From an uncultured bacterium (GTDB lineage: Bacteria > Zixibacteria > MSB-5A5 > UBA10806): a stretch of DNA of 64,000 nt. The notes beneath the pieces are model-generated. The model was given only the letters and a program-made list of their open reading frames with translations, did not search any database and was not told the DNA's origin. The position numbers were made by a program, and so were the translations under genes. The DNA lies in contig CBEUCH010000009.1 in NCBI GenBank assembly GCA_965541585.1, forward strand, positions 64,001 through 128,000, read 5' to 3'. Below, piece after piece: positions 46,835 to 57,134 of the stretch. Numbering within the stretch: position 1 is the first letter of the stretch; the number at the start of each line of letters is the position of its first letter.

Positions 46835-48070
46835 ATGAAGAGCGAAGATAAGCTTTATGGCAGAAGAAGGGTGAAGAAACAAAGACCGATCGTTACCCCC
46901 AAAGAGATTGAGGAAACGCCGGTCGGCGATGCCCCTTCACCTGCTGAGAAGGATAAAGTCCCATCCATCGAGTCACCTGCGGCGGGCGAGACGACCCGCT
47001 CCGACGGTGTGGCGGGGCCAGCGAGAAAACAAGCGCTAATGCCGCGAAGGGAACCATCGCCCAGGAGACAACCCTCGAGACCTCAACCGCGGCGAGATTA
47101 CAGACGGGATCAGAATTCTCCGAGGGCAAAAGAGGCGGGATCAAGAAAAAAACCGTACAGCAAACCTCGCATACGAGTGAGTATCGTTATCCCCGCTTAC
47201 GACGAACAGGATAACATAAAACCTCTTCTGGAACAATTCGACGAGGTCATAAGGAGATCAGGGAAGGACTGGGAAGTTATCCTGGTCAATGATGGCTCTA
47301 CGGATAAGACGGCGGAAAGGGCCAGGGACGCTTCTTTCAGGTACCGCTGGCTTAATGTTGTTAGCCATTCCAGGAATAGGGGATTGACTGCCGCTCTATA
47401 CACCGGATTCAAAGCCGCTAAAGGCACTATATTTGTCTTCTACCCGTCTGATATGCAATATCATGCCCAGGATATACCCAGGATGATTGCAAGAATTGAC
47501 CGCGGCGCGGACCTGGTGACAGGCTGGAAACAAGGAAAATATCGAAAGCGGATTGTATCCTATATTTATAACAAACTCTGCCGGGTCCTCTTTGGCCTTA
47601 AGGTGCATGATTTGAATTCGGTTAAAGCATTCAAAAAAGAGGTGGTGAATGATCTCTCTCTACGGAGAGACTGGCACCGGTATATGGTCGTTATGGCCGC
47701 CGAGGCCGGCTTCGTAATAGAAGAGGCAAAGGTCACGCTCTACCCGCGTAAATATGGGAAAAGCAAATTCGGGTCGGCCAGAATCCTGGGCGGGCTTCTG
47801 GATCTTTTCTCGGTGAAGTTTCAGATTTCCTTTATGAAAAGACCGCTAAGGTTTTTCGGCACCTGGGGTTTCGTCTTCGGGTTTGCCGGACTTGTTACAG
47901 GCCTGGTGGCTGTGTATCTCCGGTTTTTCACCACTCATGGCTCGAGGACATTATTATACCTGGTTATCCTCCTGACCCTGTCGGGCCTGATGCTTTTTGC
48001 CATCGGCTTTCTGGCCGAGGTGATGGTCGGTTTAAGGGACGAGATTGAGTCGTTGAAATCGAAAAAGTAA
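46835..48070 (+). CDS. GT2 polyprenyl-phosphate glycosyltransferase (ArnC/GtrB/DPM-like) with disordered N-terminal extension
   Basis: SIVIPAYDE, VNDGSTD, NRG, R..GKSK, two C-terminal TM helices; about 110 aa of Arg/Pro-rich leader. Confidence 0.9.
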   Translation: MKSEDKLYGRRRVKKQRPIVTPKEIEETPVGDAPSPAEKDKVPSIESPAAGETTRSDGVAGPARKQALMPRREPSPRRQPSRPQPRRDYRRDQNSPRAKEAGSRKKPYSKPRIRVSIVIPAYDEQDNIKPLLEQFDEVIRRSGKDWEVILVNDGSTDKTAERARDASFRYRWLNVVSHSRNRGLTAALYTGFKAAKGTIFVFYPSDMQYHAQDIPRMIARIDRGADLVTGWKQGKYRKRIVSYIYNKLCRVLFGLKVHDLNSVKAFKKEVVNDLSLRRDWHRYMVVMAAEAGFVIEEAKVTLYPRKYGKSKFGSARILGGLLDLFSVKFQISFMKRPLRFFGTWGFVFGFAGLVTGLVAVYLRFFTTHGSRTLLYLVILLTLSGLMLFAIGFLAEVMVGLRDEIESLKSKK

Positions 48071-48098
48071 ACCTCCTATGGAATACCCCTGATAGAAG

Positions 48099-50483
48099 AT
48101 GAACGCCAGAGACATAATCAGACGATATTGGCCATATTTTTATTTTGTGCTTCTTACCGTCGCAGTATTCGCTGAATTTATATTTTCCGATAAGATGCTC
48201 TTTGGTTCCGATACAGTCGAGGCCGGATTATTTTTCCGCGGATTTTATGCCGAATTCGTAAAATCCTATCACAGGATTCCGTTATGGAATCCTTATATCT
48301 TCGGGGGTCTGCCCTTCGTAGATGCCATGCACGGTGATACGTTTTATCCGCTGGCGATTTTACAGTTCATAATGCCTCTGCACAAGGCCCTGGGTTATAA
48401 GCTCGTTCTGGCAGTCCTGATGGCAGGCATTTTTGCCTACCTTTACTTAAGAGAAATGAAAATGTCCGTCTGGGCCGCAGTCTTCGGGGCTACCGCATAC
48501 ATGATATCGGGATTCATGGTATCGCTGGTTTATGCGGGCCACGACGGCAGGATGTACGTCAGCGGCATACTGCCACTGCTTCTATATACTCTGGAGATAG
48601 GTTTCCGGCGACGGCGGTTTCTTTGGTGGTGGCCATTTTCGGCGGCTTTCGGGCTTTTGATTCTGGCCAATCACCCTCAGTTCTCCTACTTTGCCATGTG
48701 GTGTGTGGGCGCCTATTTCGTTCTTAAACTCGTTTTCTTATACCGCGAGTCCGGGAAAATCAGTTCAGTATTAATCCCCGGCTTTGGATTCATCGCTTCC
48801 ATGCTTTTTGGCATTGCATTGGGCCTGATTCAGATCTGGCCGGCGCAGGATTACGTCCGCAAATATTCGCCCCGCTCAGGTGAGGGCAGAGGTTACCAGT
48901 ATTCTGCCTCATGGTCGCTGCATGCCGAGGAGGCCATCTCCCAGGTGGTTCCCGGGTTTGCCGGGTTAAGCAATCTGCAGAATCATCCGCCGCTAACCCG
49001 TGAACATACTTACTGGGGAAAAAACTATTTCAAAATCAACAGCGAATACGCCGGCATGGTGGCACTGTTTTTGGGACTGGCCGGTCTGTTCCTCTACAAA
49101 GATAGATATTCATATTTCTTTCTGGGGACAGCCATTTTCGCGCTGCTATACGCGCTCGGCGATTCGGGTTTGATATTCAGACTTTTCTATCATGTCGTGC
49201 CTTTCGTCAAGCAATTCCGAGCGCCTTCCACCATAATGTTCTTATTCAGTTTTTCTATTGCATATCTGGCAGCAAGAACCATTGATACACTTCAAAAGAC
49301 GAAGAAAACTCCTCGTGCCGCTAAGATCTTTCGCTGGCTTTTAATCCTTGCGGGAGTCTACCTTCTTTCGGGCCTGATTTTCATCCGGGCAGGATCGGGA
49401 ATTATGAAGATTTACACATCGATATTCTATTCGAATATGGAGACCGGTCAGTGGAATAGCCTGCAGGCCAATCTATCGAATATCTCGTCAGGATTGATCA
49501 TTGGCGCCCTGCTTATCGGGGCCGTAGCGGTGACCTTCTGGGCATCTCTTAGAAAAAAAGTTCATTTCGGAGTTATGGCCTCGGCTTTGCTGGTCCTGGT
49601 GATGATAGATAGCTGGATCATGGAGGATATGAAATTTATCAGGTCAGTTGACCACAAACCCTATTTTGCCACGCCGGCCGGGATACCGTTCTTGCAGGAG
49701 CAAGATGGGCCTTTCAGATCATTTGTGCTACCCGGCACAATGCCCAATCAGAACAGCCTGGCGATGTTCGGTCTCCAACAGGTGGCCGGGTATCATGGCA
49801 ATCAGCTTCGATGGTATAACCAATTTCTCGGCGATAGATTCGCGAATCTTCTCGGGAATCCTTCCGGGCTGGCCCTGGCAAATACCAGGTATATTATGAT
49901 ACGACAGGAGGTAAACCATCCCAATCTGGAGAAGGTGAATAGCGTCGGTGGAATCAATATCTATCAGAATAATTTCGTTATCCCTCGCGCCAGAATCGTG
50001 TATGACTACATTGTGGTTCCCGATCCGGATTCAGCTCTATCTCTAATCCTCGAGCCGGATTTTGATGTTGTCAAAAGAATTGTCATCGACCGACGGCCCT
50101 CAGGCGAAATCAAGGCCCCGGATTCGACACAGGATGATTTCGTACAGATTCTCGATTCACCACCCGATCGCATAAGGGTCAAAGCGCATCTCTCGGTACC
50201 CGGTTTCCTGGCGCTTCAGGATAACTGGTATCCATACTGGAAGGCATTTGAGGGCGATATCGAATATCCTGTTTATAGATCGGATTTCACCTTTATGGCC
50301 GTCGAGCTTCCCGCCGGAGAGCATTTATTGGAGTTCAGAGTTGAAAATCCTAATTACATATATGCCAGGATGGTGTCTGAGATCTCCTGGATTATATTGA
50401 TTATCGGTATTACAGCGGGTCTTATATCAAAATCCGTTCGTCGGCGGAGGGGAGATTCGAAACCGGCTCCTTCCGGCAAATAA
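48099..50483 (+). CDS. YfhO-like GT-C membrane protein
   Basis: PLWNPYIFGGLP, FYP, HPQF, YSASWSL, FRAP, NWYPYWKA, LPAGEH. Confidence 0.85.
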   Translation: MNARDIIRRYWPYFYFVLLTVAVFAEFIFSDKMLFGSDTVEAGLFFRGFYAEFVKSYHRIPLWNPYIFGGLPFVDAMHGDTFYPLAILQFIMPLHKALGYKLVLAVLMAGIFAYLYLREMKMSVWAAVFGATAYMISGFMVSLVYAGHDGRMYVSGILPLLLYTLEIGFRRRRFLWWWPFSAAFGLLILANHPQFSYFAMWCVGAYFVLKLVFLYRESGKISSVLIPGFGFIASMLFGIALGLIQIWPAQDYVRKYSPRSGEGRGYQYSASWSLHAEEAISQVVPGFAGLSNLQNHPPLTREHTYWGKNYFKINSEYAGMVALFLGLAGLFLYKDRYSYFFLGTAIFALLYALGDSGLIFRLFYHVVPFVKQFRAPSTIMFLFSFSIAYLAARTIDTLQKTKKTPRAAKIFRWLLILAGVYLLSGLIFIRAGSGIMKIYTSIFYSNMETGQWNSLQANLSNISSGLIIGALLIGAVAVTFWASLRKKVHFGVMASALLVLVMIDSWIMEDMKFIRSVDHKPYFATPAGIPFLQEQDGPFRSFVLPGTMPNQNSLAMFGLQQVAGYHGNQLRWYNQFLGDRFANLLGNPSGLALANTRYIMIRQEVNHPNLEKVNSVGGINIYQNNFVIPRARIVYDYIVVPDPDSALSLILEPDFDVVKRIVIDRRPSGEIKAPDSTQDDFVQILDSPPDRIRVKAHLSVPGFLALQDNWYPYWKAFEGDIEYPVYRSDFTFMAVELPAGEHLLEFRVENPNYIYARMVSEISWIILIIGITAGLISKSVRRRRGDSKPAPSGK

Positions 50484-50507
50484 GCCGGTCAGAATGGTAT
50501 TTCGAGG

Positions 50508-51371
50508 ATGCCTTTTCGATATCAGATTAGCAACATAATTGTAAGCTATAACTGCCTCGAATCATTAAAGACCTGCGTCGCATCGCTGGAGGATCAAAAG
50601 GGCGTGGAATCGGAGATGATTGTCATTGATAACGGCTCGAACGATGACACCGACGCTTTTTTGAAAGAACAAGAATTCAGGACGATATTGTCTCAAAAAA
50701 ATCTAGGTTATGGCGCGGCGGTTAACCAGGCTGCAAAGAATGCTGAAGGCAAGTATCTTTTCATTTTGAATCCCGATACTGAATTGCCTCCGACTGCACT
50801 CGATACAATATACAGGTATGCTGAAGATAATCCCGATGTTGGTCTCGTGTCCCCCTGTTTGCGTTATCCGGACGGCCGTTTACAATTATCGGCGCGCAAA
50901 TCTCCGAGACGTCGAGATTTCCTTCTGGGGCGAGGTTCCCCGCCATTTCTGCTCGGCCTGACGGGGGAGAAGGAGGCCGGCTATATAGCCCTCGATGGTG
51001 ACGAACCCGTGGATGTTCCGGCAGTATCGGCCACCGCCCTTTTCGTAAGATCCGAGTTGTTCCAGAAAATCGGGGGGTTCGATGAACGATTCTTTTTATA
51101 TCTGGAGGATCTCGATCTCTGCCGCAGGGTCGGGAATATGGGATTCAAAGTAGTTCTTCTGCCGTCAGTGAAGGTGTTACATTCATGGCGAAAATCTTCC
51201 GGCAAGCGACCGTATTTCTCGTCCTTCCATCACCATATTTCAGTTTTCAAATATTTCAGAAAGCACTACCCGGATCAGTGGCTGTCTAACCTTATGCTTC
51301 TTTCCGCCCTGGTTGCGGGCTTGGTAATAAGCTCCTTCATAATAACCCTCAGCAGGAGGAAGCGGAAGTGA
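50508..51371 (+). CDS. Glycosyltransferase family 2 (WbbL-like)
   Basis: IDNGSND, NLGYGAAVN, LNPD, GFDERFFLYLEDLDLCRR. Confidence 0.92.
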   Translation: MPFRYQISNIIVSYNCLESLKTCVASLEDQKGVESEMIVIDNGSNDDTDAFLKEQEFRTILSQKNLGYGAAVNQAAKNAEGKYLFILNPDTELPPTALDTIYRYAEDNPDVGLVSPCLRYPDGRLQLSARKSPRRRDFLLGRGSPPFLLGLTGEKEAGYIALDGDEPVDVPAVSATALFVRSELFQKIGGFDERFFLYLEDLDLCRRVGNMGFKVVLLPSVKVLHSWRKSSGKRPYFSSFHHHISVFKYFRKHYPDQWLSNLMLLSALVAGLVISSFIITLSRRKRK

Positions 51372-52417
51372 ACTGGAGAATTCCGGCCTACGTATTGGTG
51401 GCATCCCTTTCGGCCTACCTTACCTACCTGCTCGTTCCCCTGATAAAATCATATTGCCACAAGAGAAACTTTCTGGACCACCCGGGCCCAAGGAAGATAC
51501 ACTCGAATCCGATTCCACGACTCGGCGGAGTGGCTCTCGTTATCTCTTTCACTCTGGCAGTATGGCTCGGCTTCGTCGCCAGCCCGGGACTATGGTATGA
51601 AAACTGGATTGGTATATCCGGAATCCTCGCCGGGGGGATAGTGATTTTTCTGCTGGGATTGAAAGATGATTTTAAGGAAGTTCCGCCTATCCAGAAGCTG
51701 CTCGTGCAGATCCTGGCGGCTTTGATTCCCGTTCTATGTGGAATCAGGCCGGAATTCTTGAATATACCTTATTTCAAGGTCGTGCCTCTGGGACTCTGGA
51801 GCATACCCATAAGCGTCCTGTGGATAGTGGCGATAACCAACACCTTCAATCTTCTCGATGGGCTGGATGGCCTGGCTGCCGGTATTGGTGCGATCTCGGC
51901 CTTTACTTTTGTCATTCTGAGCATCGTTCTTAACCTCCCTCTGGCGTCGCTTCTGGCCGCCGGCATTCTGGGCGTTACCTTAGGCTTTCTGCGTTTCAAT
52001 TATTTTCCAGCCCAGATTTTCATGGGCGATTCCGGCTCCCTTTTTATCGGATATATACTGGGGGTAGTATCCCTGTATTGGCCCAAGAGTTACGCCTCAT
52101 TGGTGATGTTTGTTCCTATCCTGGCGTTAGGGCTTCCGATAATCGAGGTGGTAACGACTACTATCCGACGGTTGGCGACCGGCAGGAAAATCTACGTCGC
52201 CGATCGGCGTCACCTCTTCCATTACCTGATGGAGCAAGGGTTATCACATCGAAGCGTGGTCTGGTTTTTTTATTTGATAAGTTTTCAATTCTCAATCATG
52301 GCGGTGGGCTTCGTCATAGGCAAGGTTAATATAATTCTTGTATTGGAAGGTGTATTTATTATATTTATTGCCATATTTCTCTCCCGGAAAATACGGGCTG
52401 GAGGCGGGAATGGATGA
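51368..52417 (+). CDS. Undecaprenyl-phosphate GlcNAc-1-phosphate transferase (WecA/TagO, MraY family)
   Basis: RKIH..PIPRLGG, GLKDD, NLLDGLDGL, FMGDSGS, DRRHLFH. Confidence 0.92.
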   Translation: MNWRIPAYVLVASLSAYLTYLLVPLIKSYCHKRNFLDHPGPRKIHSNPIPRLGGVALVISFTLAVWLGFVASPGLWYENWIGISGILAGGIVIFLLGLKDDFKEVPPIQKLLVQILAALIPVLCGIRPEFLNIPYFKVVPLGLWSIPISVLWIVAITNTFNLLDGLDGLAAGIGAISAFTFVILSIVLNLPLASLLAAGILGVTLGFLRFNYFPAQIFMGDSGSLFIGYILGVVSLYWPKSYASLVMFVPILALGLPIIEVVTTTIRRLATGRKIYVADRRHLFHYLMEQGLSHRSVVWFFYLISFQFSIMAVGFVIGKVNIILVLEGVFIIFIAIFLSRKIRAGGGNG

Positions 52418-53393
52418 AAAATACTATCTCGAGTTTGAAAAACCGATTATCGAGCTCGACCGAAAAATACAACAGATGAGAGATCTTACCTCGACCGGCG
52501 ACCGCGATCTCGAGGAGCAAATTCGTGTACTGGAGAAGAAAAGGAGCAAGATTCAATCGGATGTCCATTCGAGGCTGTCCAGATGGCAGAGGATTCAACT
52601 GGCCAGGCATCCCTTGAGGCCATATACTCTTGATCTGATTGCTCTGATTTTCGACGACTTCGTTGAATTGCACGGCGATCGCTATTTCGCTGATGATAAG
52701 GCCCTTGTTGGCGGTTTCGCAATGCTGCAGAATATTCCTGTCATGATAGTCGGCCAGCAGAAGGGCAGAGACGTGAAACAAAGACAATTCCGCAACTTCG
52801 GCATGTGCCATCCGGAGGGTTATCGCAAGGCTCTACGTCTATTTAAACTGGCTGAAAAATTTGACAAGCCTATAATTATTTTCATAGATACACCGGGCGC
52901 TTTCCCCGGCATAGGCGCCGAAGAAAGGGGGCAGGCGGAGGCCATCGCCAGGAATATCAGGGAAATGTCGGTCATCGAGGTCCCCATCATTATCGCTATA
53001 ATTGGCGAGGGCGCTTCCGGCGGGGCGCTCGGCATCGGTGTGGGCGATACCGTGTTGATGCTTGAGAATTCCTGGTATTCGGTAATTTCGCCCGAAGGTT
53101 GCGCCGCAATCCTGTGGAAGAATATGAACGATCCCAAGCAGGCTGAACAAAACAAAACCCAGGCCGCCGATGCTTTAAAACCCACCTCCGAAGATCTGAT
53201 TGCTCTGGGCGTCGTTGATGGAATTATACCTGAACCTCTTGGTGGCGCGCACAGGGATTATTCCGCCACGGCAAGGGCCTTGAAGCAAGAACTGATTCTC
53301 GAATTGGAAAAACTTATGCGTAAAGACAGGGAGACTCTGCTGGCGGAGCGGCTGAACAAATTCAGGTCCCTGGGGGTTGTAAAGCGAGATTAG
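52410..53393 (+). CDS. accA: Acetyl-CoA carboxylase carboxyltransferase alpha
   Basis: LEFEKPI, ARHPLRP, ELHGDR, DTPGAFPG, GEGASGGA, SVISPEGCA; ATG 52410 after GGAGG. Confidence 0.97.
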   Translation: MDEKYYLEFEKPIIELDRKIQQMRDLTSTGDRDLEEQIRVLEKKRSKIQSDVHSRLSRWQRIQLARHPLRPYTLDLIALIFDDFVELHGDRYFADDKALVGGFAMLQNIPVMIVGQQKGRDVKQRQFRNFGMCHPEGYRKALRLFKLAEKFDKPIIIFIDTPGAFPGIGAEERGQAEAIARNIREMSVIEVPIIIAIIGEGASGGALGIGVGDTVLMLENSWYSVISPEGCAAILWKNMNDPKQAEQNKTQAADALKPTSEDLIALGVVDGIIPEPLGGAHRDYSATARALKQELILELEKLMRKDRETLLAERLNKFRSLGVVKRD

Positions 53394-53405
53394 TGGAGGT
53401 TGCCA

Positions 53406-53570
53406 ATGCTTTCTGAAAAACTCCTTGAAATATTAGCCTGTCCCAGGTGTAAGGGGGATTTGAATTATGATCGGGATAACGATAAGTTGATTTGCGAAAA
53501 TTGCAGATTGCGCTACAGGATCGAAGATGATATTCCGATTATGTTGATTGATGAAGCTGAGAAGTTTTAA
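53406..53570 (+). CDS. Trm112/YcaR (UPF0434) family protein, 54 aa (not in ORF track)
   Basis: Hand translation MLSEKLLEILACPRCKGDL...LICENCRLRYRIEDDIPIMLIDEAEKF; SD GGAGG. Confidence 0.93.
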   Translation: MLSEKLLEILACPRCKGDLNYDRDNDKLICENCRLRYRIEDDIPIMLIDEAEKF

Positions 53571-53581
53571 CTGGAGGCTTA

Positions 53582-54037
53582 ATGATAAAGCTGTCGAGAT
53601 TTTGTGAAGATGATGTCATATCGTTCAATCTGAAAGGCGAATCCAAGGATGAGATAATAGCCGAGCTTGTGGATTTGGCCGCCAACTCGCAGATGGTGAA
53701 AAACAAAGAAGATCTCTTAAAAGCGGTGCTGGATCGTGAGAAACTGGTAACCACCGGAGTTGGCTATCATGTTGCCTTTCCTCACGCCAAGACCCGCGCC
53801 GTGAAAGGAATTGTAATAGCCTTCGGCCGCAAGAATGAGGGAGTGGACTTCGATGCCATGGACAGAAAAACAGTATATCTGTTTTTCCTGATTGCCGCTC
53901 CGGAGGACGCCATCGGCGCTCATCTTAACGTCATGGCAAAGCTCTCGTACCTGATGAAAAGCGAGAAAAACCGACAGAAGCTCATGAAGGCCAAATATAA
54001 GGAGGACCTCATAGAGGTTCTTGATTCTAACGATTAG
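53582..54037 (+). CDS. ptsN: PTS IIA (Ntr/fructose-type) protein
   Basis: REKLVTTGVG..VAFPHA, VDFDAMD, HLNVMAKLS. Confidence 0.88.
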   Translation: MIKLSRFCEDDVISFNLKGESKDEIIAELVDLAANSQMVKNKEDLLKAVLDREKLVTTGVGYHVAFPHAKTRAVKGIVIAFGRKNEGVDFDAMDRKTVYLFFLIAAPEDAIGAHLNVMAKLSYLMKSEKNRQKLMKAKYKEDLIEVLDSND

Positions 54038-54835
54038 ATGTGGATTTCATTGAGGGGGATATTAAGAAGTCCTCACTTCAAGCCGGTATCGATCGTGATA
54101 ATCATCTCGATTGTCATGATCGTCATGCCGCTGCGGTTCAAAACAACTCTTTCCAGGCTGGGAGCGGTATCGGTCCTTCTCCCGCTTATAGAGATCGATA
54201 AATATCTCCTGAGAATAGATAATACCTTTGAAATAAATAGACATCTCAATCGAAAACTCGATTCGCTATCAGTGCAGATATCTTCGCTGATAGAGTACAG
54301 GTATGAAAACGAACGGCTCAGAACGATGCTGGGCTTCGACCTGAATCTCCCGTATTACCTCGTTCCGGCAGAAATTCTCGCAGTATCGCCTACCAGCAGG
54401 TTTAAATCAGTTCTTATCGATGCCGGTACGGAGAGAAGGGTAGATATTAATATGCCGGTCATCTCGCCGTCCGGAATCATTGGCAAGACAGTGGCCGTGG
54501 ATAAAAGAGCCTCTACTGTTCAGCTTCTACTGGATCCGAACTGCAAGGTTGCCGCCCGGGTCCAGAAAAGCCGGGCCTCTGGAATAGTCAGCTATCTGGG
54601 AGGGCCATATCTTTCCCTGACGAATATCCCGGTCGACCAGCAGGTTTCTGCAGGCGATGCAGTCATTTCGTCCGGTTTAGGTGGAATATTCCCGCAGGGG
54701 CTGTTCATCGGGACGGTGGTTAAATCTGAAGGAAGAGAGGGGGAGTTGTTCCTTGACATCCTCATCAAGCCGGGCGCTGATTTCTCCATTCTGGAGGAGG
54801 TTTTCGTCATAGTCTCCTCCATGGAAAGCCAATAA
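54038..54835 (+). CDS. mreC: Rod shape-determining protein MreC
   Basis: TM helix, ENERLRTML, GIIG, GDAVISSGLGGIFPQG. Confidence 0.95.
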   Translation: MWISLRGILRSPHFKPVSIVIIISIVMIVMPLRFKTTLSRLGAVSVLLPLIEIDKYLLRIDNTFEINRHLNRKLDSLSVQISSLIEYRYENERLRTMLGFDLNLPYYLVPAEILAVSPTSRFKSVLIDAGTERRVDINMPVISPSGIIGKTVAVDKRASTVQLLLDPNCKVAARVQKSRASGIVSYLGGPYLSLTNIPVDQQVSAGDAVISSGLGGIFPQGLFIGTVVKSEGREGELFLDILIKPGADFSILEEVFVIVSSMESQ

Positions 54836-55320
54836 TGCCTAATTTTTATTTATTCGCCAGCTGGTTTTTTATTATCTTCTGCCAGGTAGTGATAGCGCCC
54901 CGTCTGGCTATTGGCGAAATATACCCCGATATCCTTCTGGCAACCGCTGCTTTTATAGGAATGAGAAGTGGGTGGAAAATGGGATTATGGTTCGGTTTCG
55001 CCACCGGATTGACCATCGGTTTGCTTGATCCCCGCAACCTGGGATGGATAACTCTGCTGGTCTCGTTAGCGGGTCTCGGGGCTGGAACGATTAGAGAGAA
55101 GATCTATGTCGAAAACAGCTTTTATCAGACCGTAATGGTGCTGGCCATTGTCTTCGTTTATCAGATCCTCTTTCACTTCGTAAGCTGGCCGGGCTACTTT
55201 TTTGACAACCTTCTGGGATCCTTATCCGAATCGTTCCTGACAGCGGTTTATTCGGCCTTAATAGGCGGTCTTGGTCTGCTGTTGTTAAGGCAACGGTATC
55301 GCTTGAAGGAGCTTCTATGA
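54835..55320 (+). CDS. mreD: Rod shape-determining protein MreD
   Basis: Hydrophobic 161-aa protein with PD motif between mreC and mrdA. Confidence 0.88.
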   Translation: MPNFYLFASWFFIIFCQVVIAPRLAIGEIYPDILLATAAFIGMRSGWKMGLWFGFATGLTIGLLDPRNLGWITLLVSLAGLGAGTIREKIYVENSFYQTVMVLAIVFVYQILFHFVSWPGYFFDNLLGSLSESFLTAVYSALIGGLGLLLLRQRYRLKELL

Positions 55321-57134
55321 TCGCAGATAGCCAAGAAAGACGCAGATCGAACTATTATGTTCTCCTGGCCGGAATAATTATATCCGTGCTATTTATCGTG
55401 GTCAAGCTATTCGGCATGCAGCTCTTCTCAGGCGGCTTTTATAGAAAAGCCTCAGAGCAAAACGGGGTGCGCATGGTTCCGATTCAGGCTCCTCGCGGAA
55501 TAATAACCGACCTTCACGGGACCGTGCTCGTAAAGAATCGTCCCTCTTACTCAATCTATCTGGTTCCCTACGAAGTGAATAGCATCGATTCTGCGTCAAT
55601 CAATCTCGGCCGGGTGCTGAATCGGGAGCCGGAAGAGATAAAAGCCCGGATCAAATTGGGCTGGCAGGGCCGCTTTCAACCGATCCGACTAAAACGCGAT
55701 CTCCAGTTCGAGACCGTTTGCTATATCGAGGAGCATGCGTTGGAGTTCCCGGGCATAATTTTTCAGGTCGAACCGACTAGGTTATATCCTGAGGATAATT
55801 CTGGCTCTCATATCTGGGGCTACGTCGGCGAAGCAACGGAAGATGATCTTGCCAATGATGATATCGGGAGTTATTCCCTGGGAAACGTTATCGGCAAAGA
55901 AGGACTTGAAAAACAATATGAGCGTTACCTGCGGGGGCAGGACGGCTTAAAATATCTGGAGGTCACCGCCGGAGGAAGGATCCTCGGTGAGCTACCCGAC
56001 AAGGAGAGAATCAGCCCCGTAAGAGGATCTGCACTTGAGCTGGAGATCGACTGGGAGCTGCAAGAGATAGCTGAACGAGAGCTGGCCCTTTACGGTTCAG
56101 GCGCCGTGATTGCAATCGATCCCCGCAATGGCGGAGTACGAGTATTGGCATCGGCTCCCAATTTCGATGCCAATCTGTTTTCCGGCGTGATATCCAGGGA
56201 AGTCTGGGAAGCCGTTTCATCGGATTCCCTTCACCCTCTATTCAACAGAAGTATAAAGGGGACCTACCCGCCGGGGTCCACGATGAAACCGTTCACCGCC
56301 GCCGCCGGACTCGAAAATGATATTATAACAGTGGAAAGCGTTTTCGATGCCTGTCGAGGAGCGAAGAAATTTGGCAATAGAGTATTCAGATGCTGGCGTC
56401 CCGGAGGTCATGGAAAGCTTAACATCGTCGGTGCCATAATACAGTCCTGCGACGTCTATTTTTATCAGCTCGGTGTGGAATCAGGGCTGGATTTCTGGAG
56501 TTTAATGGCGCAGGATTGCAGATTCGGGGTGACAACGGGAGTTGATCTTCCGGGTGAGCTCACGGGGCTGGTTCCCTCAGAGGATTATTTCGATTCGAGA
56601 TATGGGGTGGATGGCTGGACGAGATATCTGATCTTGAACCTTGCCATCGGGCAAGGAGAGCTTCTTGTAACGCCGATACAGATGGCAGTGCTGTTCGCCG
56701 CGCTGGGAAACGATGGCATTGTTTACAAACCGAGGATCGTCTCCAGGATCATCTCCCCTGAGAGTGATTCTCTGAAAATCGAGCCGGAGATAACGGGTCA
56801 GTTGCCTATAAGCGAGGAAAATATGGACATCCTTCATCAGGGACTCCTCGGTGTCGTCGCTGGCGAACACGGAACAGCGCGCTCTGTCGCATCTATCGGC
56901 GTATCGGTTGCTGGAAAGACGGGGACGGCTCAAAACCCGCACGGTGACGACCACTCCTGGTTTGTTTGTTATGCGCCGGCCGAAGCTCCGGAAATCGTCG
57001 TGGCTGTGGTGGTCGAAAACGCCGGTCACGGTAGCACCGTCGCGGCTCCGCTGGCTAAAAAAATCTTGGAAAAATATTTCGAGAATGCGCCGGTGGCTTC
57101 AGACCCTCGAGATACTTTGAATGCCCGGCCATGA
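55317..57134 (+). CDS. mrdA: Penicillin-binding protein 2
   Basis: APRG, GKEGLEK, YPPGSTMK (SxxK), SCDVYFY, KTGTAQ. Confidence 0.96.
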   Translation: MIADSQERRRSNYYVLLAGIIISVLFIVVKLFGMQLFSGGFYRKASEQNGVRMVPIQAPRGIITDLHGTVLVKNRPSYSIYLVPYEVNSIDSASINLGRVLNREPEEIKARIKLGWQGRFQPIRLKRDLQFETVCYIEEHALEFPGIIFQVEPTRLYPEDNSGSHIWGYVGEATEDDLANDDIGSYSLGNVIGKEGLEKQYERYLRGQDGLKYLEVTAGGRILGELPDKERISPVRGSALELEIDWELQEIAERELALYGSGAVIAIDPRNGGVRVLASAPNFDANLFSGVISREVWEAVSSDSLHPLFNRSIKGTYPPGSTMKPFTAAAGLENDIITVESVFDACRGAKKFGNRVFRCWRPGGHGKLNIVGAIIQSCDVYFYQLGVESGLDFWSLMAQDCRFGVTTGVDLPGELTGLVPSEDYFDSRYGVDGWTRYLILNLAIGQGELLVTPIQMAVLFAALGNDGIVYKPRIVSRIISPESDSLKIEPEITGQLPISEENMDILHQGLLGVVAGEHGTARSVASIGVSVAGKTGTAQNPHGDDHSWFVCYAPAEAPEIVVAVVVENAGHGSTVAAPLAKKILEKYFENAPVASDPRDTLNARP

